A stretch of 57,405 bases of DNA from Macrostomum lignano (Eukaryota): NCBI GenBank assembly GCA_002269645.1, contig NIVC01003100.1:34821-92225 (forward strand), read 5' to 3'. A program made the translations under genes and the position numbers. Under the pieces are notes generated by a model. The model was not told the DNA's origin and ran no database searches. It worked only from the letters and a program-made list of their open reading frames with translations. How positions within the stretch are numbered: the first letter of the stretch is position 1; each line of letters starts with the position of its first letter. Positions 50,926-57,405 of the stretch are shown piece by piece.

Positions 50926-51418
50926 AAAGCTTTTCGTTCAGAAAATTATAGTATTCTGTTAATTTTTTATCCTACGTATTCAATACAATCACATATATAT
51001 CCTGTGCCTAAAAACCATTAAAAATGGCGCGGCTCAGCTCATTGGTTTTATGAATCTACTCGTATCTTGTCATTCTTAGCTGACTGTGTAACAATATGTG
51101 TGACAGAGATGATAAAATAGATTCATAAAACCAAAGATTCGAGATGTGCCATGCTTTTTTATGATTTTTATGTACAGGAAATGTACTTAAATTAAAAAAT
51201 CAATACTAATTTTTTGAAAAGAAAGCTTTATGAAGATAAATAGAGCTATGCGAATGGCATAGCATATCAATAGATGAACATTGGGTCTTGCCTCCTATCG
51301 AAAGAAATAACAAGAAAATGAAAACTCCCTAAACACCATAGTGAATTTTTCGGCGAAAAGTGGCCTTCGAAACATTTTTATTGATTTCGAGTGTTGCGTC
51401 CTACTTTAGTAGTCTTTG
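50925..51418. mobile_element. Third, left-truncated and more diverged copy of the foldback transposon
   Basis: ttcataaagcttttcgttca, ttggttttatgaatc..gataaaatagattcataaaaccaa, gatgaacattgggtct..cctatcgaaag, and the terminus gcgtcctactttagtagtctttg. Confidence 0.75.
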
Positions 51419-51462
51419 TGCACGTACATGATTACGCATCTTAAATATCCTTACCATTCTGA

Positions 51463-52785
51463 CAAGAGCTTTGGCTCAAGGAACTGATGGGAGCTGTGCA
51501 CGGTCTATTGGAGCCAAGCTTTAGCCTGACCTCACAACAAACATTAAGGCTGCAGTTCATGATGATGCTTGAAGATTTCAGAAATATTCGTCAGATGCTG
51601 CAAGAGGAAAACATTCGCCTTTATGGCCTGAGCGATGACTTGAAGGACATGTGGCATGGAGTTGAGCGGGGAAGTCCGGTAAGTCCGATGGACGCATTGA
51701 AACTCGAGCCGTTGGGCTTGACGCACCTGCAGCCAGATGACGTGGTAGCGTTTTCGGATCCCGAGGCCGGAGGATCGCTGATCTACGCCCGAATCGTCGA
51801 GGCACATGGCTCGGCCGATGCCAAGAGCGACGAAGGCGAGTTTGACAGCGGCGAGTGGAGCGTCGAGTTCACCATCGACTGCGGTCGTCAGCGCGGCCGA
51901 AAAGTGCGGGCGCCGGCGGCACTGCTGCAAGCTTTTGCAAAGATCGAGAATGAATTGGAGTTGCATGAGAACAATAGCGACTGGGAACGCAGGATGGAGC
52001 AGCAGATTCACAAAGCGGCTCGCTTATCCGGTAATTTCGAACGGAAAGCCGCCACCCGGCGAATTCTCGACGCCTGCGATTCAAACCGCTTCGACGACGA
52101 GCAGCAGCCGGATCCCCAGGCGATTCGGCGGGTGCGGAGTCTCACTCAAGAGCAGCTGGGGGGCAGTCTGTCTAACGGCGACTGGGAGATGATGAGCAGA
52201 AATGCTGCCAGGGCTGCTCGAAGGTATCGATCGGCGCGAGCTGAAAGTCGCATGAATGGCAAATTCGGTTTTGGTGGCGGCGGCGGTGGTAGTGGTGCCT
52301 TTTGCGGGGCCTTTAACGGCGCCAGGACGGGTGGTGGAGGTGGCGGCGGTTTTGGCGGACCTGGGTGCATTCCTCCGTCGCCGGGCGAGGCGCAGCGCTA
52401 TCTACAGACGTCCCAAGGTGACGCAAAGGCGGCCGTGGCCACGGCGACCGCGGCGGCCGCTGAACGAGCCTGCTGGGCCTGCTACCAGAGCTGGCAGGCC
52501 GCCGAGAAGGCGATGAAGGCCGTCGTGCTTGCCGAGAATCGACCGGCTGAGCGGAGTCACAACATTTTGAGCCACCTGCTTCTCGTTGGCGATGAGCAGC
52601 TGCGGGACCAGCTGGAGCCGCTGGTGCACGACCTGCTTGCTGTACTTCACCGGGACCCGCGCTATCCGCGTGATGGCGCCACGCCTTACGACGTGTTCCG
52701 CGCCGAGCACGCGCGGCAGGCCAGCGAGGCGGCGGCCGGCATTGTGCGACTGGTGGAGGCGGCCGTCAGCGATGCCACCGATTGA
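51463..52785 (+). pseudogene. SACS-like: Sacsin-like copy 4: C-terminal module only; uninterrupted 432-aa ORF (51487-52785) with J-like region, G/F linker and HEPN
   Basis: Homology starts at ctttggctcaaggaactgatgg (copy-1 equivalent ~9557). No stops or frameshifts up to ACCGATTGA. Confidence 0.9.
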
Positions 52786-55509
52786 AGACCTGGCGTTGGC
52801 TGCAGCTGATTCGGTCTGTTTGTTTTCATTGATGCCAAGAGACTAAGAGTGAGCCGAGCGTGAGTTGAGTTGTCTTTATCCAGAGGCGGGCAAACTGGAG
52901 CTGCTGAGTTTAATAGAAAATTCGAGGCGATTACACTTTCAAGTCTAAGAGATAGCTGATGAATTTTGACCAGATTAAAGTTTACCAGATACTAGCATCT
53001 AGAACTATAGACCGACAAACTCCTGATAAACGTTTGACTATCCAGGTGACGTTTGACATTTGACATGTGACATGTCAAACGTTGTGACAAAGGTTTGACA
53101 TTCCAGGTGACAGCAAATATTGTCTATTTTAAACAAGCTTGTATCGGTTTCATGTCTAATTAATTAAATTTTCGCCTAATTACTAATTTCAAAATTAAAT
53201 GGACTGGTAAACCGATTAATTTTATGCTCCTAATAAATCTGCAAGGTTGAGAAAAAGATGCGCCAAAACTTATTGCCTAACATCTCTTAGAACGATTCCA
53301 CAATAAGCCGTGTGACCATGTCAGTGATGTTCACACGCTCATGATGGGAAATTCAAAGCGTGTACACAACAACATTGAAAATTCGCCATTCGCCACTCTA
53401 AGTGCCAGTGAGCTTTCTCTTGGACTATTCTGAAATATACGAGTAAGATACGAGAAAACTGATCGGGGTAGCTTCAACCCAACTTTCCTCGCACACCCTC
53501 CCCCCACTTCATTCCTCAACTCAAGCCTGCTGCGGCGTAGCTAAAGTTGCGTCACTCGCAAAGATTGAGAGACTTTACCTGCACTCTCAAAAGTGGCGAC
53601 CACAGACGGAATCTTCTGTGATGGAGACTTTTCAATGTTGCTGAGTATATTTTTGAGTAAAAGTTTGCCGACCACTGCTCTATCTGAGATTCCGGGAGCG
53701 CCATCCCACAACCTACGAGTATCACGATCTCTACACTGCTATTATCATTGACATAACTTTTTTCAAAACTGAACCTTTTCTCATTTTTTTAATTTTATTA
53801 ACCAGTCAAATTTATCAGCAGTGGAATTACCAAGTTCCCATATTTGACAAGTTTTATGGTTAAGTTTTCTTATTATTTGCCAGAATAGACTAACCCCAGA
53901 GCACACGAAACTCAAGGAGTTGAGTGAAACTACCTTTTATTGCACACCTTCTGAAACAAGAATCAAGTCACCTTCCCTCCAGATGAGACCAGTAAAATGA
54001 TAAATTTTGTAGAATATGCTTGGTACTTCTACTGTTAATTTGCACTTTCAACACTAAATATTATTTTTTATTACTTGTCCCACGCTCCTCATTGATTTTG
54101 CTGATGTCTTGCATATTTACTCTGCTTAGTTTCTCTAGAATTACTTTAAACAGTATAAGTACGTATATACTTTTATTTGGACTTAGACAGACATTTTTAT
54201 TATTTTATTTATATGCTACATAACAATCCAATCTTCTTACTTCAAAATTGATTCAATTTGAATTTCTCTCCGTACGTTGTAAAAGTGTTTGCGTCGTCTT
54301 AAATCCTATTTTCCCGAGTATTCCATTCCATAATAAATATACACCTAGTAACATTAATTTACTCATTTTTATTTTATCCAAAATATTAACATATTTTTGT
54401 TTGAGTTTGACTTCAGAATTAAAAAATTATGCAAAAAATTGAATTGGAATTCAGCGGCTTAAAAATCCGATTTTCAACGGTTTGCAGATTATATTTTGCA
54501 ACGCAGTGTGCAATAAAGGCTGCAGATCTGTCATGTTTTTCGTGTGTCAACTGCAGCCGGATCGAGAGATAACGGAATGCTTTTGTTGTTGGCAAGTTTA
54601 CAATTTTCTACACCAAAATGTAAGAGTACAGATTTCCGCCCAGCAAACGGCCAGCACCACAAGCTGCAAGTTCGATGAGTTCTTCTGAATAAATCCAAGG
54701 ACCGAAGCTATGGAGCCTGAGAATTTTACAAGCCCGTAGTGTAGAGTGTTCTACCTCCCGCAAGTGATAAAATTGTTAACGTACTACTTATATAGTAGCA
54801 AGATGAGTAGCATGTATAAAGATATGCGCTGAACCAGCAACAAAAAGTCCAATAAGTCGAGCTCTGCAACACCGCCTGCTAGCCTCAGGCCCCAGAGCTT
54901 CGTTGACGGCGAGAAAAGAGATCGGAGAACAAGCAACGCTAAAACGCACTCAAGCACACTACGAGCGTATTATACACACTGGCTGCTACTTTAGACTGTG
55001 GATAGAAGGTGCGTCTCTCCCACTCTTGCTCTGAGCGAGTAACGCGAGTCTCCCAAAGCCAGCTGCTATGTTTGGAAACTATGAAGTGAGCTGTGCAGTC
55101 TTACCGTATGACCAAAGCGGAACACGCGGCGAAGGGATGACCTGAAGGAACTGCTGCCTGCAGATGTCCGTTCCAGACACTTGCTGCAATGTACTGATTC
55201 TCCACGAAGTCGAAGGGATGGGCGAGCTGCTCAAGAAAACGTTCAAAATGACTTACTGTAGTCGGTGGATCGCATTGTTGTGAAAATTTGTGCCTGCGTA
55301 CCTTTCGTCGTGTTCGGTCTCTTTTCGGCTAACTTAGCTAATGCTCTTGTTTGTCTAGATGTATTAGAATTGTCCTGACTTTCTTAGTCATTTCTTAGTT
55401 CATCTGCACTTGTCTCTGTTTACTCTGTTTCTCTCCCTCTCGGTTTATTTCAATCTTGTTTCCTTATCTCTCTCTCTCCCTCGCTGCTTCGATCTGATTG
55501 GCTCTTCAA

Positions 55510-56640
55510 TCTCGACTCTTTCCTTAGTCGCGCATTCCAATCCAAACCTCCTTTTCTTACACTTAACCCCGCCCCCACCCAGTTTAATGACAGAAATACA
55601 CCCATTTGGGCCCTAAGCCCACAGTCTCTCTCTTGTTTTCAACTTAAATTAACCAAACTTATTATTTTATTTACAGATATTATCGATCCGTTTTCAGCCC
55701 CGTCGGTCTCGCCTGTTCTCGCCTCTCCTTTATAATCATTTTATTGCCCCCGCATTGCCCCCGCAACCGAGAACGGCCTGGGTCTTGCGTAGCCTCTTGC
55801 GCCCTTCGCGTGTGCTTTTGCTCCCTGTTAGGTTGGATCTCTTTTTTTTCAAAAGTTCGAGTACGACAAGCGGCCACTTTCGAAGTCGTCTCGTCTTCGG
55901 TCTGGTTGCCTTGTCGGGGTGGCGTTTTGGTTTTCTGGGAGTCTCGGCAGCAAACACACTCGCAGATCCGCTGCAGATAGCATCGAATCGACTAAAGCTG
56001 AGCTTTATGAAACAGCTTGGCTTTACACGATTGCACTAGCCGAAAACCTAGCATGAAAAACTCTTACTGCGTCGACTTACATGCATGTGGGTGACTCAGC
56101 TACATTGAAAAGCCGCCACTCTTTGCGCTAGAGAGCAATTTCTCTTGGATTATTCTAAAATAAAAGACACAAGAAAACTGATCGGGGTAGCTTTAATCCG
56201 TCCCAACTTTTTTGACGACTTTTCGATGTTGCTGAGTATATTCGCTAGCACAGAGTCTGTTGCTCCTTCCTTTTGTGCTCTTGCTGTTGGATACTTGCTT
56301 GTCGTCCAAATGTCTTTGTAGGTCAGAAGGCGAGCACCAATATGAGCAGCAGTCACTCCAGCTACATGTGCAGTGCTAAAGCCGAGAAGCTGTTGTCAAA
56401 TCCTTGGCTTAATGCGGAAGTTGAAGAAGAGGCCTGTTCAGACTTGCTCAGAGAGAAGTTGAACTCCTTGGAAAGTGCAGATGAACTCGCGCAAAAAATG
56501 TCAGAAGATAATATGGAAGCTGAGCAGATAGCTCGTACTATCATTGTTTATACCGTCACACCTTTTTTAAATACGCTAATATGCTCTCGAATGCCGATTT
56601 CACTTCAATAGAAGGCTTGCTTTTTAATGCCCTCGCCCAT
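55510..56640. repeat. Second copy of the unclassified dispersed repeat at 49900-50925
   Basis: Blocks shared with 49930-50920 and 53380-53660. Confidence 0.6.
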
Positions 56641-57405
56641 GCGCACTTGGACAGCACGTTAATGCATGTTAGACTAACCCGTAGGCTTTATTAAACTTTT
56701 TTTAAAGGAAATAATAATTTTCCTCCTTTAGCCTTTTAGGCTCGTATAGCCTTCACTCACCCGGACACCCTGCTTGCAAACTTTCATTAATAAATGCATT
56801 GCAGCCATGAAAGCTCACTGTCTGGTCAGGGTTAAAAATATCATCCTTTCCTTTTTTTGACAAATAAAAAATCGAACGCATTTTATTCTTAGGTTAATCA
56901 CCCGAAAACTTGCGGTAATTTACTAGCATAATCACCGAGAGTTTTATTCCTCTCCACCATTGATCACTTTGGGCAACGTGATTGTATCTTACCTGCGCAA
57001 GACTCACGGAAGCTTTCACGTTTCAGGGCCTGGGGGCGAACGCAGGTCGCACCGCCGGCATTAGCCAGCAGGCAGTCAACGAAACGCCGAGTGCGCGCTT
57101 GTCCCCGCTGGTAGGGTGCCTTGCAGCGTCAACAGCAGCAGCAGCACGTCGTGTACAACTGCGGGCAGTTGCACTCGGCTTGGATGATGCAGCTTATGAT
57201 GTAACGGATGAAGTTCGCTGGGATGAGAGGCGGGTCAGACTGGGATAAGAAAAACACGACATGCTCTTCAGCGCCTACGACAGCGACAAAACAAGCGCAC
57301 TTGCACAAAATATCACGACAGAACTGGCTGGTGGTTCCATTGTGGCCACTGCCACAGACCGAACGGCATCATAGCCGAGAGACCTTGGCAATAAAAGATG
57401 TTATT

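Noticed and set aside
53030-53110. Short palindromic insertion (tttgacatg-tga-catgtcaaa) specific to copy 4's flank
   Set aside because: A real hairpin, but too short with no TSD or TIR family evidence; likely a local duplication or excision scar.
56982-57405. Possible DDE transposase fragment at the window end (..LGLDDAAYDVTDE.., ..GGSIVATATDR..)
   Set aside because: Only faint resemblance to hAT-like motifs, interrupted by stops and cut by the window edge. It needs a profile search with downstream sequence.

Overview
Eukaryotic (metazoan) genomic DNA, with GT-AG introns, minisatellites and many transposons. The repeat and coding style suggests a flatworm such as Macrostomum, but that is inference only. 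The window is dominated by a head-to-tail cluster of four + strand sacsin-like gene copies. Each complete copy has two Hsp90-like sacsin repeat regions (SRR), a degenerate J-like region lacking HPD, a Gly/Phe-rich linker and a C-terminal HEPN domain. Copy 1 (1464-10888, first exon upstream of the window) carries many 1-2 nt deletions. Copy 2 (15222-22120) is 5'-truncated, has nonsense codons and is split by an RTE retrotransposon with a ~1.5 kb deletion. Copy 3 (34020-46468, three exons, last ~8.7 kb) has two stops and one frameshift. Copy 4 (51463-52785) is only the C-terminal module. Between and inside the copies lie a tRNA-derived SINE, several non-autonomous DNA transposons (TA-TSD and 8-bp-TSD types, one near-palindromic), a piggyBac transposase, a Gypsy-like LTR fragment, a Penelope-like element whose GIY-YIG nuclease appears internally permuted, two minimal hammerhead ribozymes and at least eight minisatellites. 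No prokaryotic features or CRISPR arrays were found. All calls come from reading the sequence by eye; no database search was run.
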